This document shows positions 8,216 through 17,112 of a DNA stretch of 64,000 nucleotides, piece after piece. Positions within the stretch are counted from its first letter, which is position 1. Every line of letters begins with the position of its first letter. The notes beneath the pieces were generated by a model. That model did no database searches. It was not told the DNA's origin and was given only the letters and a program-made list of their open reading frames with translations. Origin of the DNA: Pseudomonadota bacterium (GTDB lineage: Bacteria > Bdellovibrionota_B > Oligoflexia > Oligoflexales > CAIYRB01); the NCBI GenBank assembly GCA_031416315.1, contig JANOTL010000159.1:1-64000 (forward strand), written 5' to 3'. A program made the translations under genes and the position numbers.

Positions 8216-9777
8216 TCGTCCACTTCCGTCTTCGCCGTCTTCTCCAGCACGCCGACGATCTTCGTCAGCTCGGCGACCGTCACCATGTTCTTGTGCACGA
8301 CCGCTTTCAGCCGCCCAGACAAGGTGCTGCGCGACATGCTGATCTGTTGCGCCAGGCCGCGCAGTGAGAGCTTGCCGCCCTTCGCGTTCGCGATCTTCCG
8401 CGCGATCTCCAGCAGTAGCTGGTCCGCCAGCGTGTCGTAGTTGTGCAGGCTGTCTGGATCGAAGGGAATTCGGATCTCGTGCGCCGTGGCGCGCCCGCCC
8501 GCCGCCTTCGGCTCCCCGGCCGCCGCCACCTCGGGCTCGCCGCCCGCGGCCGGCTTCTCGCCCAACTCTTCCCAGATCCGCTCGGGGATCGCGAGCGGCG
8601 TCAAAAGCTTGTTGACGTGCATCTCGGTCATCGCGCGCAGAACGTTGCGCAGCTCGCGGACGTTGCCGTCCTTCCAGGCGCAATGGCTCAAGACCTCCAT
8701 CACCGGCCCGCTCACCGTGTAGGGCCCTCCCGGCATCGTCTTACAGAAGTGCAGGATCAGCGCGGGGATCTCGTCGACGCGGTCGCGCAAGGGCGGCAGC
8801 ACGATCTCCGCCTCGCGAAGCCTTTGCCAGAGGTCGCCGCGAAAGCGCCCTTCTTTGATCAGTTTCTCGATCGGCTCGTTGGTCGCGGAGATGACGCGGA
8901 TCTGGATCGCGACCGGCTTCGTCGAGCCGACGCGCAGGACCTCCTGATTCTCCAGGACGCGCAACAAGGCGACCTGCGCCGAAGGGCTGAGCGTCGCCAC
9001 CTCGTCGAGGAAGACGAAGCCACCGCTCGCCGCCTCGAGGAGCCCGCGCTTGTCGTTCTGCGCGCCGGTGAAGGCGCCTTTGACGTGCCCGAAGAGCTCG
9101 CTTTCCAGCAAAGTCGGCGCGATGGCGCCGCAGTTCACCTTCACGAACGGCGTCCCGGCGCTCAAGGCGCTGCCGAAGAGATCGGCCACCACCTCTTTGC
9201 CCGCGCCCGACTCGCCGCGCACGAACACGGCCGAGATGGCCGAGTCGACGATCAGCGGCACGCGCTTCTGGATGCGCTCCATCGTGGCGCCGACCGCGGT
9301 GAAGCGGCCCTTGCCCGTCTGCCGCGCCGTCTCGGTGATCGCGGTGTCGCCGCCTTGCTTCAGCTTCGCCAGGCGGTACGAGTTGAAAACACGCAGGCTC
9401 AGCTCGCCTTTGTCGGAGTGCTTCGACAAGAAGTCGTCGGCGCCCGCGCTGAGGCACTCGGCGATCGTGCCGATGTCGTCCGCCGTCGAGCACATCAGGA
9501 TCACCGTGCCGGGCGAGCTCTTGCTCGTTTCGCCCGCGAGCGTGATCCCGGTCGTCGCCTCGCCCTCGTCGATGTGAATGTCTAGGATCGCGACATCCGG
9601 CTTTGGCGCTGCCGCCAGCCGCTTCCGATATTCGGCTGCCGTGGCGACCGAGCTCACCTCGAAGCGGCAATCGAGCGCGTGCCCTTCGAGCGCGCGCTGC
9701 ACGCGTTCCAGCTCGAAAGGGTCGTCGTCGATGTGCAGCACACGGAGGAGCGGCGCCGTCGGGGATGGGGTCGCCAT
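8212..9777 (-). CDS. Sigma54-dependent response regulator (REC-AAA+-HTH)
   Basis: REC (IDDD...ILD), Walker A GESGAGKE, ESELFGH...GAFTGA, FLDEV, GNVREL, C-terminal HTH. Confidence 0.93.
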   Translation of the reverse strand: MATPSPTAPLLRVLHIDDDPFELERVQRALEGHALDCRFEVSSVATAAEYRKRLAAAPKPDVAILDIHIDEGEATTGITLAGETSKSSPGTVILMCSTADDIGTIAECLSAGADDFLSKHSDKGELSLRVFNSYRLAKLKQGGDTAITETARQTGKGRFTAVGATMERIQKRVPLIVDSAISAVFVRGESGAGKEVVADLFGSALSAGTPFVKVNCGAIAPTLLESELFGHVKGAFTGAQNDKRGLLEAASGGFVFLDEVATLSPSAQVALLRVLENQEVLRVGSTKPVAIQIRVISATNEPIEKLIKEGRFRGDLWQRLREAEIVLPPLRDRVDEIPALILHFCKTMPGGPYTVSGPVMEVLSHCAWKDGNVRELRNVLRAMTEMHVNKLLTPLAIPERIWEELGEKPAAGGEPEVAAAGEPKAAGGRATAHEIRIPFDPDSLHNYDTLADQLLLEIARKIANAKGGKLSLRGLAQQISMSRSTLSGRLKAVVHKNMVTVAELTKIVGVLEKTAKTEVDE

Positions 9778-9795
9778 GCGGCACCTTCCTGTGCG

Positions 9796-10317
9796 TTAGG
9801 GCTTTGCTGCCGAGCCGCTGCCGTCGCCGATGCCGCCGCCGCCGCCGATCGCGGGTTGCGCCGCCGCCGCCGGCGCGTTCTTCTTGTCTTCCGCGGCGAT
9901 CATCTCCTGCAGCTCGCCGATGTGCTCCTGGACGCGAGCCTGGCCGATCGCCGCGCCTTGCGCGGAGAGCTCGGGCAGCTTCTTCATCACCTTCATGCCG
10001 GTCGGCGTCTGATAGAACTTCGTGATCTCTCCGATCTCCGCCTCGCTGAACTCTTTGACGTAGAGCTTCACGAGATCGGGCTCCAGGCTCTTCCAGCTCA
10101 TGTACTTGGTAAAGAACTGCAGGAGCACGCCTTTGAACGGCGCCATGGCGGGATTGGCGTTCACCTGCACGTCGGTGAGCTGCACGAGCGTCGCGTTCAT
10201 CAGCTCGTCCATTTTCGCGACTTTGAAGAAGTTTCTCACCGCCGCTTCGTGGCTGGCCGGCGAGGCATGCGCGAGCGGGGCGAAGGCGAGCGTGAGGCCG
10301 AGAACGAGAGCGCGCAT
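9796..10317 (-). CDS. DUF2059-family periplasmic protein
   Basis: Signal peptide; LYVKEFSEAEIGEITKFYQTPTGMK motif. Confidence 0.8.
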   Translation of the reverse strand: MRALVLGLTLAFAPLAHASPASHEAAVRNFFKVAKMDELMNATLVQLTDVQVNANPAMAPFKGVLLQFFTKYMSWKSLEPDLVKLYVKEFSEAEIGEITKFYQTPTGMKVMKKLPELSAQGAAIGQARVQEHIGELQEMIAAEDKKNAPAAAAQPAIGGGGGIGDGSGSAAKP

Positions 10318-10376
10318 GGAACGAGTCCTTCCGGGTAAATAAGCAATGCGCCTCAATAATATGCTACGATCCCGGT

Positions 10377-11510
10377 ATGACCAAACCCAATCTGACGAGC
10401 TTGGCCCTCGGTCTTTCGCTCGCGGCGCTCGCCTGCAAGAGCCGCGACGATCTCAGCGCCTTGCGCGAAGAGGCCTCCCCGCCGCCGTTCGGCTTCGCCG
10501 ACGTCCGCCGCATCGTCGAGGAAAAGTCCATCCGCTCGGTCGACGAGCTCTTGCCGCTCTTGCCCGAAGACTTCCGCTCGCGCTACGTCCTGCTCTCCGA
10601 CAGCAAGTCGACGCAGGAAGCGAGCCCAAGCGCGCCGCGCGTCTTGCTCTACACCGAGGGCGCGCGCTTCGTCCTCGCCTTCAACGGCGACCCCGACGTC
10701 TCTGGCTTTAACACCATCGAGACCGCCGAGCTCCACCCCGACAAGCCGAGCTACGTTTTCCGTGAGATCGAGTTCGGCGAGACGGCGGCCCACGTCTCGG
10801 AGGACAACCCGAAAGCCTGCGCCGCCTGCCATCGCCAGCCGTTGCGCCCGAGCTGGGAAGGCTGGCCGAAGTGGCCCGAGGCTTACTTCGGCAAGGACAC
10901 GAGCTCCGACGGGTCAGAACACGCCGAGGACGAGCGCAAGTCGTTCAAGAATTTCATCGAAAATCGCGGCACCTCCGGGCGGTATCGCCATCTCGTCCGC
11001 CTTGACCAATACACGGCCGACGCGGAGAGACTGGGTCGCGGCGAGCCCGCCAACTCCTTCAACCAGATCGTCATGAGCCGCATCGAGGACATGGTCTTGG
11101 CGGAGGTCCAGGCGCACCCGCGCTTTCATCGCCTGCGCCCCGTGTTCGAGGCCGCGATCATCGGCTGCGATAAGCTCGGCGATTTCGTCCCCGACGCCGA
11201 GAAGGCGACCTTCGCCGTCACCTTCGAGAAGATCCAGAGCGACACGCTGGCAAAGAACGCCAGGGCGGGCCGCCGCACGATTGCCCTGCGGTGGCTCTTC
11301 GAGGCCGAGAAGCTTGCCACCGCGCATTGGTCGCCGAGCCTTCGCGTGAAATATTCCTTCCGTCGCGCGAAGGAAACCGGCGACGACTTAGACCTCGTGC
11401 GCGCCTTCAAGGAGCGCGTCGGCTTCGGCGAGATCGCTCGCGGCTACGTCGAGGGCGCCGCGCCATTGGCCGAAACGTGCGCCAAGATCAAACTGGCCGC
11501 GGCCGGCTAA
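10377..11510 (+). CDS. Lipoprotein with single CxxCH (monoheme cytochrome c-like)
   Basis: Lipobox ALAC; CAACH motif. Confidence 0.65.
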   Translation: MTKPNLTSLALGLSLAALACKSRDDLSALREEASPPPFGFADVRRIVEEKSIRSVDELLPLLPEDFRSRYVLLSDSKSTQEASPSAPRVLLYTEGARFVLAFNGDPDVSGFNTIETAELHPDKPSYVFREIEFGETAAHVSEDNPKACAACHRQPLRPSWEGWPKWPEAYFGKDTSSDGSEHAEDERKSFKNFIENRGTSGRYRHLVRLDQYTADAERLGRGEPANSFNQIVMSRIEDMVLAEVQAHPRFHRLRPVFEAAIIGCDKLGDFVPDAEKATFAVTFEKIQSDTLAKNARAGRRTIALRWLFEAEKLATAHWSPSLRVKYSFRRAKETGDDLDLVRAFKERVGFGEIARGYVEGAAPLAETCAKIKLAAAG

Positions 11511-11533
11511 CGTCTCTCGGGGGCTCCCACGCC

Positions 11534-11701
11534 AGGGTGCGTCCGGCAGATCGCGCTAGCGTCGGCGTCGGCATCGCGACCTCGCGCTCGGGAGAAGCTT
11601 TGCCCGCGCGGTCATGTCTTAACGCACTGCAGTAGCAGACGATTTGTGTGCCCGGCGCCGATGCCGACGCCGATGCCGACGCGATCTGCCGGACGCGCCC
11701 T
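11534..11701. repeat. 43-bp imperfect inverted repeat around an 82-bp spacer (MITE/REPIN-like or structured RNA)
   Basis: Arms 11534-11576 and 11659-11701, including perfect GCGTCCGGCAGATCGCG / CGCGATCTGCCGGACGC. Confidence 0.75.
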
Positions 11702-11776
11702 AGCCCTTGAGCCGCCCTCGCTCCACGTCGGCGCGATCTGGGATAAGATCAAAGGATCAACCCTGGAGGGGTCCGC

Positions 11777-12421
11777 ATGATTGGCGTCCGTTTCTTTGCG
11801 AGCGTCTGCTCACTTTTCGCGTTCACCGTCGCCAGCGTGGCGACGGCGCAAGCCCGTGATCCGGTCGGCGAGCGCGCCGACTACGTCCTCGACCGCGCGG
11901 CCTCGCGCACGAGCAGCATGGTGGTGGAAGGCGCGCTAACGGCGCACGTCGACTCGTTCGACGAGGGCGCGGCAGCTTACAACTCGTCAATCGATTACGC
12001 GTTCAAGATTCGCTTCCTCGGTTGGCAGCGCGGCACGCAAGGCCTCGCGGTCGACGCGGCCTACTTCACGCCGGAGTTCATGGTAGCGCTGCGCGAAAGC
12101 GGCGAATACCGCGGTGAAAAATTCGACGTGCGTTGGCTCGGCTACGTCAACGCGCGCACGATGGAGGGCGGCAACTACCCGCATTGCGACGAGATCCTGA
12201 TCTACAACATCGACCAGGGCTTCGAGGGCTCGTTCGCGCAGATCGCGCGCAACCTGATCGCGAACGCGGCCGGTGCCCAGCCTACCGACACCATCGACGA
12301 CCTGACGATCCGCGCCGCGATCTTTCAGGGCGTTCCGGTCCTCGGCGCCGTGAAGCTCGACATCACGGGCAAGTACAACGGCACCAACATCAAAGCCGGC
12401 GCGGACTACGACGCTCCGTAA
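11777..12421 (+). CDS. Secreted hypothetical protein
   Basis: GGAGGGG RBS, signal peptide ending AQA, beta-rich mature part. Confidence 0.75.
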   Translation: MIGVRFFASVCSLFAFTVASVATAQARDPVGERADYVLDRAASRTSSMVVEGALTAHVDSFDEGAAAYNSSIDYAFKIRFLGWQRGTQGLAVDAAYFTPEFMVALRESGEYRGEKFDVRWLGYVNARTMEGGNYPHCDEILIYNIDQGFEGSFAQIARNLIANAAGAQPTDTIDDLTIRAAIFQGVPVLGAVKLDITGKYNGTNIKAGADYDAP

Positions 12422-13487
12422 GCCAGGCCTTCCGGTCCAGGTTCGACACGAGATGTCTCTCTACCTCGCCCTCGGCGAGCCACTTGGCTCCCGGGGGCGA
12501 GCTCTTTGTGAGCCGCGCGCGGAAGATCGCGGCGCTGATCCTGTGCTTCGTGATCGTGTGCTTCACGCTCCCGGCCTCTGCCGCCTCGACGGCGAAGTCC
12601 CGCGTCGTCACGCCTCCGTCCGGCTCGAACGCGTCGGTCAGCCGCAGCGACGTGAGAAATCCCCAGGTGCCCTTCAGGAACTTCGCCGAATCCGGCCGTT
12701 CCCAGAGCCCGACCTGCCCGGCGCCGTCGCGCACGATCGTGAGGCGCATCGCGACCTCCACCGGCGCCACCCGCTTTTTCGGCGCCGGCGCCAGCGCTTG
12801 GCTGCCCCGAGCTTTGGCGAGGCACCCGCCTTCGAGCGGACAAACCTCGCAGGCGGGCGAGGTCGGCGTGCACACGAGCTGCCCGAGCTCCATCACCGCC
12901 TGGTTGAAATCGCCCGCGGCCTCGCGCGCCAGGAGCGCCGTCGCCAGCTTCTGCATCACCTTTTTCACGCCTGGCTCGCTGGCCGCGACGCGCCAGTCGA
13001 GGAGCCGCGCGAAGACGCGCTCGACGTTGCCGTCGACGACGGCCGCCGGGAAATCGAAGGCGATGCTGGAGATCGCCGCGGCCGTGTAGTCGCCGATCCC
13101 CGGCAGGGCCTTCCAGCTCTCGAAGTCTCGCGGCCAAGGCCCGCCGGCGACGAGCTTCGCCGCCTGGTGCAGCATCCGGAAGCGCCGGTAGTAGCCGAGG
13201 CCGCGGACGGCTTCGCGCACATCCGCCTCTTCGCCGGCGGCGAGGCTCTCGATCGTCGGAAAACGCGCTAAGAAGCGCGCGTAGGCCGGCAGGACGGCCT
13301 TGATCACCGTCTGCTGCAGCATGATCTCGCTCACCCAGACGTGATACGGATCCGCGTGCTTTTGCCATAGCTCGCGCCAAGGCAGACGCCGATTCCCTGC
13401 GCGGTACCACGCGAGCAAGCGCTGGCGCGCCGGCTCGAGCGGAAACGCGAAGGCCTCGGGCGCGACTGCCTCGGCCCGCGCCTTCAT
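12390..13487 (-). CDS. mutY: A/G-specific adenine glycosylase
   Basis: WVSEIMLQQT, GLGYY, LPGIGDYTA, VDGNV, 4Fe-4S motif CTPTSPACEVCPLEGGC. Confidence 0.95.
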   Translation of the reverse strand: MKARAEAVAPEAFAFPLEPARQRLLAWYRAGNRRLPWRELWQKHADPYHVWVSEIMLQQTVIKAVLPAYARFLARFPTIESLAAGEEADVREAVRGLGYYRRFRMLHQAAKLVAGGPWPRDFESWKALPGIGDYTAAAISSIAFDFPAAVVDGNVERVFARLLDWRVAASEPGVKKVMQKLATALLAREAAGDFNQAVMELGQLVCTPTSPACEVCPLEGGCLAKARGSQALAPAPKKRVAPVEVAMRLTIVRDGAGQVGLWERPDSAKFLKGTWGFLTSLRLTDAFEPDGGVTTRDFAVEAAEAGSVKHTITKHRISAAIFRARLTKSSPPGAKWLAEGEVERHLVSNLDRKAWLTERRSPRRL

Positions 13488-13939
13488 TCGCCGGCGGCGT
13501 CCGGCTCGGCCGCGGTGGCGGTCGTCGTCTTCTTGACGGCCTTCACCTTTTTCTTCGCTGCGGCGCCGGCCTGCTTGGCGCTCGTCTTCACTTTTTTGGC
13601 GTTGGCGCTGCCGGACTTCGCGACCTTGCTCAGCTTGGCGCGGGTGTCGTGCAGATTCTTGCGGACCTTCAGCTCGAGCTCGCTCAGGTCGACGCCGGCT
13701 TTCTTCGCCGTCGTGTTGAGCTCGGCGACGAACTTGTTGATCTGCGGCTCGATCTGCTTGAGCTTCTGCTCGATCAGTTTCTCGACGTCCTTCTTCTTCT
13801 CTTCCATCTTGTCCTTGCTGGTCGCCTCCTTGACCTTCTTCATCAGGTCGTCGCCCTCTTTCTTCACCTGCTTTTGCAGGTTGTTGAGGTCCTTCTGGAA
13901 GCGGCTCATGAACTCTTTCAGCGGTTTCTCGAAAGCCAT
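13484..13939 (-). CDS. Lys-rich coiled-coil protein (phasin/PhaF-like architecture)
   Basis: Amphipathic helical N-terminus and a Lys/Ala-rich tail; in an operon after hbd and crt. Confidence 0.6.
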   Translation of the reverse strand: MAFEKPLKEFMSRFQKDLNNLQKQVKKEGDDLMKKVKEATSKDKMEEKKKDVEKLIEQKLKQIEPQINKFVAELNTTAKKAGVDLSELELKVRKNLHDTRAKLSKVAKSGSANAKKVKTSAKQAGAAAKKKVKAVKKTTTATAAEPDAAGE

Positions 13940-13963
13940 GGTCTCTCTCCTAAGTGGGTTCTT

Positions 13964-14806
13964 TCAAACGAAAGGTCGTGCGGAAAATTTGTCGGCGAAG
14001 GCCGGCGTGCGTTTCTCGAGAAAGGCCGCGGTGCCCTCCAGCGCCTCTTCGCCTTCGAAGCAAGCGGCGAAGGCGTTCGCCTCGGCGTTGAGCCCGGCGT
14101 CCAGGCTCATGTTGTAAGCGTCGCGAGCCAGGCGCTTCGTCTCGGCGATCGCGCGCGGGCCCGCGCCGAGGATCGCGCGCACGGCCTTGCCGACCTCCTC
14201 CTCGAGCTTGTCGTCGTCGACGACGCGGGAGGCCAAGCCTAGCTGATGCGCCTCGGTGCCGGAGATCGTGCGGCCGCGGCCGCAAAGGAGGATGTCCATC
14301 GCCGCGTGCATGCCGACGCGGCGCACGAGTCTTTGCGTGCCGCCGAAGCCCGGGATGATGCCGAGGTTGACCTCGGGCTGGCCGAACTTGGCGTTCTTCG
14401 CCGCGATGACGAGGTCGCAGGCCATCGCCAGCTCGCAGCCGCCGCCCAAGGCGAAGCCTTGGACCTTCGCGATCGTGACCTGGGTCAGCATTTCCAGGGC
14501 TTTGGTGAGCATCTGACCCATCCGCGCGAAGTCGCGCGCCTGCGCGGACGACATGTTGCGCATCTCGGCGATGTCGGCGCCGGCGACGAAGGCGCGATCG
14601 CCCGCGCCCTCGAGCACGACGACGCGCGTCTCGTCCGTATCCATCGAGCCCGGCCCGTGGCCGAAGAGCACCTGCTCGAGCTCCTCGAGGACACGCGCGT
14701 TCAACGCGTTCAGCGACTGCGGGCGGTTGATCACGATGCGGCAGACGGCCGCCTCGTGGCGCACTTGCAGCGTCTCGTAAATCGGATGCTCTTGGTCCTC
14801 AGCCAT
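13964..14806 (-). CDS. crt: Enoyl-CoA hydratase (crotonase)
   Basis: AFVAGADI, ALGGGCE and FGQPEVNLGIIPGFGGTQRL motifs. Confidence 0.9.
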   Translation of the reverse strand: MAEDQEHPIYETLQVRHEAAVCRIVINRPQSLNALNARVLEELEQVLFGHGPGSMDTDETRVVVLEGAGDRAFVAGADIAEMRNMSSAQARDFARMGQMLTKALEMLTQVTIAKVQGFALGGGCELAMACDLVIAAKNAKFGQPEVNLGIIPGFGGTQRLVRRVGMHAAMDILLCGRGRTISGTEAHQLGLASRVVDDDKLEEEVGKAVRAILGAGPRAIAETKRLARDAYNMSLDAGLNAEANAFAACFEGEEALEGTAAFLEKRTPAFADKFSARPFV

Positions 14807-15659
14807 ACTTGTACACTCCGCGTCCCGATTTCTTGCCGTGCCAGCCGGCCTCGACGTACTTTTTCAGCAAGGGACAAGGGCGATAGCGCGGATCGCCCAG
14901 CCCTTCGTGCATCACCGAAAGGATCGCGAGGCAAGTGTCCAAGCCGATGAAGTCGGCCAAGGTCAAAGGCCCCATCGGCTGGTTCGTGCCGAGCTTCATG
15001 CCCTTGTCGATGTCCTCCGCCGTCGCCACGCCTTCCATCAACGCGCAAAACGCCTCGTTGATCATCGGCATCAGCACGCGATTCACCACGAAACCCGGGT
15101 AATCCGCGCTGCGCGAGGTCTCCTTACCGAGCGTCGCGCACAGGGCGAGAATGCGGTCGGTCGTCTCGGGCGCCGTCGCGAAGCCCGGGATCACCTCGAC
15201 GAGTTTCATCAGCGGCACCGGATTCATGAAGTGCATGCCGACGACGAGCGCCGGGCGCTTGGTCAAGGCGGCGAGGCGCGTGATCGGGATCGACGAGGTG
15301 TTCGTCGCCAGGATCGCGCCTTCCGGAAGGATCGCGTCGAGCTTTTTTAGCAGCTCGCCCTTGATCGCCTCGTTCTCGACGACCGCCTCGATGGCGAGAT
15401 CGCAAGACGACAGGTCCTCCAACTTCATCGATGCCGAGATCCGCGCCACCGCCGATTGTGCGGTCCCCGCGGGGATCACGCTCTTCGACTCGAGCTTCTC
15501 CAGCGAGGCTTGGATGCCCTTGCGCGCTTTCTCGAGTTGCGCCGCGTTCGTATCGACCAGGGTCACGGTCAAGCCGAAGGTCGCGCAAACTTGCGCGATC
15601 CCGGAGCCCATTTGTCCGGCGCCGACGACGCCGACCTGCTTGAAACCTGCGCTGCCCAT
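14799..15659 (-). CDS. hbd: 3-hydroxybutyryl-CoA dehydrogenase
   Basis: GAGQMGSG, IEAVVE, TNTSS, MHFMNPVP and PMGP motifs. Confidence 0.92.
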   Translation of the reverse strand: MGSAGFKQVGVVGAGQMGSGIAQVCATFGLTVTLVDTNAAQLEKARKGIQASLEKLESKSVIPAGTAQSAVARISASMKLEDLSSCDLAIEAVVENEAIKGELLKKLDAILPEGAILATNTSSIPITRLAALTKRPALVVGMHFMNPVPLMKLVEVIPGFATAPETTDRILALCATLGKETSRSADYPGFVVNRVLMPMINEAFCALMEGVATAEDIDKGMKLGTNQPMGPLTLADFIGLDTCLAILSVMHEGLGDPRYRPCPLLKKYVEAGWHGKKSGRGVYKYG

Positions 15660-15805
15660 GGATTCTCCCGACTTGGCCCGGTGATTCTGCCGAAGGGAGC
15701 CCCATCTTAAACGCCCCAAACTTAAATGCAAGTTGGCCTCCCGGCCGAGGAGCACCTAAGATTGCGGGGGAGCTTGGCTCGACTCTGGGGTGTGGAGGAC
15801 CGGTT

Positions 15806-17104
15806 GTGCGTCTCGTCGCCGAGAAGTGCTTCGAATTCGACCTAACCCGCGGTTGGCCCGCGGCGGTGCCGCTCCTCGCCTTGCTCGGCGGCGGTCGGCA
15901 CGCCATGGTGGCCACCGCCTTCACGGAGATCCCGTTCGCCGAGGCGACCGCCTACGCTTGGAGCCAAGCCAAGGTGCGTGTGGTGCCGACGAGCCTCGGC
16001 GCGCCGCCTTTTCGCACCGGCGTCTTGGGCCTCGTCTCCTACGACCAATCGGCCCCAAGCCGCGCTTTCCGCGTGCATCAGGCGCTGGTCTTGGACCGCG
16101 AGCGCGGCGCCCTATGGCTCGCCGACGAGGAGACCAAGGTTCCGCCGCAGCATCGCCTCCCGGAGACCGACGTTCTGCGGCTGATCCGCCGCGCCCAGGG
16201 GAAGGAGGTCCCGGGGGAGAAGACGCCACCCGTCTTGCCCGAGCCCCCGCGCATCGAGCTCGAGCCGCAGGGCACGGACGACGCCTACCTCGAGGCCGTC
16301 AAAGATGCGCTCGCGGAGATCAAGGCGGGCCGCTACTACCAAATCAACCTTCTGCGCTATTTCACGCCGAAAGCGGCGTGCCTCGCCGGGCCCGACGCCC
16401 GCGAGGGCCTCCTTTCCCTGCTGATGCGCAACGGCGGGCCTTACTCCGCCGTCATCGATCTGCCCGATTTGTCGGTCTATTCCTTCAGTCCGGAGCGGTT
16501 CGTGGCCGCTGCGCCCACGCCGGCCGGCGTGGTGCGCCTCGAGACCTTCCCGGTGAAGGGCACGGCGCCGCGCCACGTCGACCGCGAGGCGGACCGCAAT
16601 GCCGCCGAGGCGCTCTTGGCGAGCAAGAAGGACCAGGCCGAGCTCGCGATGATCGTCGACCTCATGCGCAACGACCTCGGCAACGTCGCCAAAGCCGGCA
16701 CGGTGCGCGTCCCGACGCCTGTCGAGCTGACCTCGCACGCCAACGTCCACCACCTCTCCGCCCGCGTCGAGGCCGACATGGCGCCCGGCGTCACCCTGGG
16801 CGAGGTCCTGCGCGCCGTCTGCCCGGGCGGCTCCATCACTGGCGCTCCGAAGAAGGAGGCGATGACCGCGATCGCGGAGAAAGAGGGCCGCCCGCGTGGC
16901 TACTTCATGGGAAACATCTTTCTTCTCGACGACGGCGGCACCTTCGACTCCTCGATCCTGATCCGCACCCTGGTGCGGCGCGGGGCGGGCGCGCCCTGGG
17001 AATTCGCCGCCGGCGCGGGGCTAGTCGCCCACAGCGATCCCGAGGCCGAGCGCCGAGAGATCGCGGCTAAATGCCGCGTCGTCGGCGAGCCTTTGCAAAC
17101 TTAG
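15806..17104 (+). CDS. Chorismate-binding MST enzyme (PabB/anthranilate synthase component I family)
   Basis: YQINL, SPERF, PVKGT, ELAMIVDLMRNDL, PGGSITGAPK, ILIRT. Confidence 0.88.
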   Translation: MRLVAEKCFEFDLTRGWPAAVPLLALLGGGRHAMVATAFTEIPFAEATAYAWSQAKVRVVPTSLGAPPFRTGVLGLVSYDQSAPSRAFRVHQALVLDRERGALWLADEETKVPPQHRLPETDVLRLIRRAQGKEVPGEKTPPVLPEPPRIELEPQGTDDAYLEAVKDALAEIKAGRYYQINLLRYFTPKAACLAGPDAREGLLSLLMRNGGPYSAVIDLPDLSVYSFSPERFVAAAPTPAGVVRLETFPVKGTAPRHVDREADRNAAEALLASKKDQAELAMIVDLMRNDLGNVAKAGTVRVPTPVELTSHANVHHLSARVEADMAPGVTLGEVLRAVCPGGSITGAPKKEAMTAIAEKEGRPRGYFMGNIFLLDDGGTFDSSILIRTLVRRGAGAPWEFAAGAGLVAHSDPEAERREIAAKCRVVGEPLQT

Positions 17105-17112
17105 GAAGCGGC

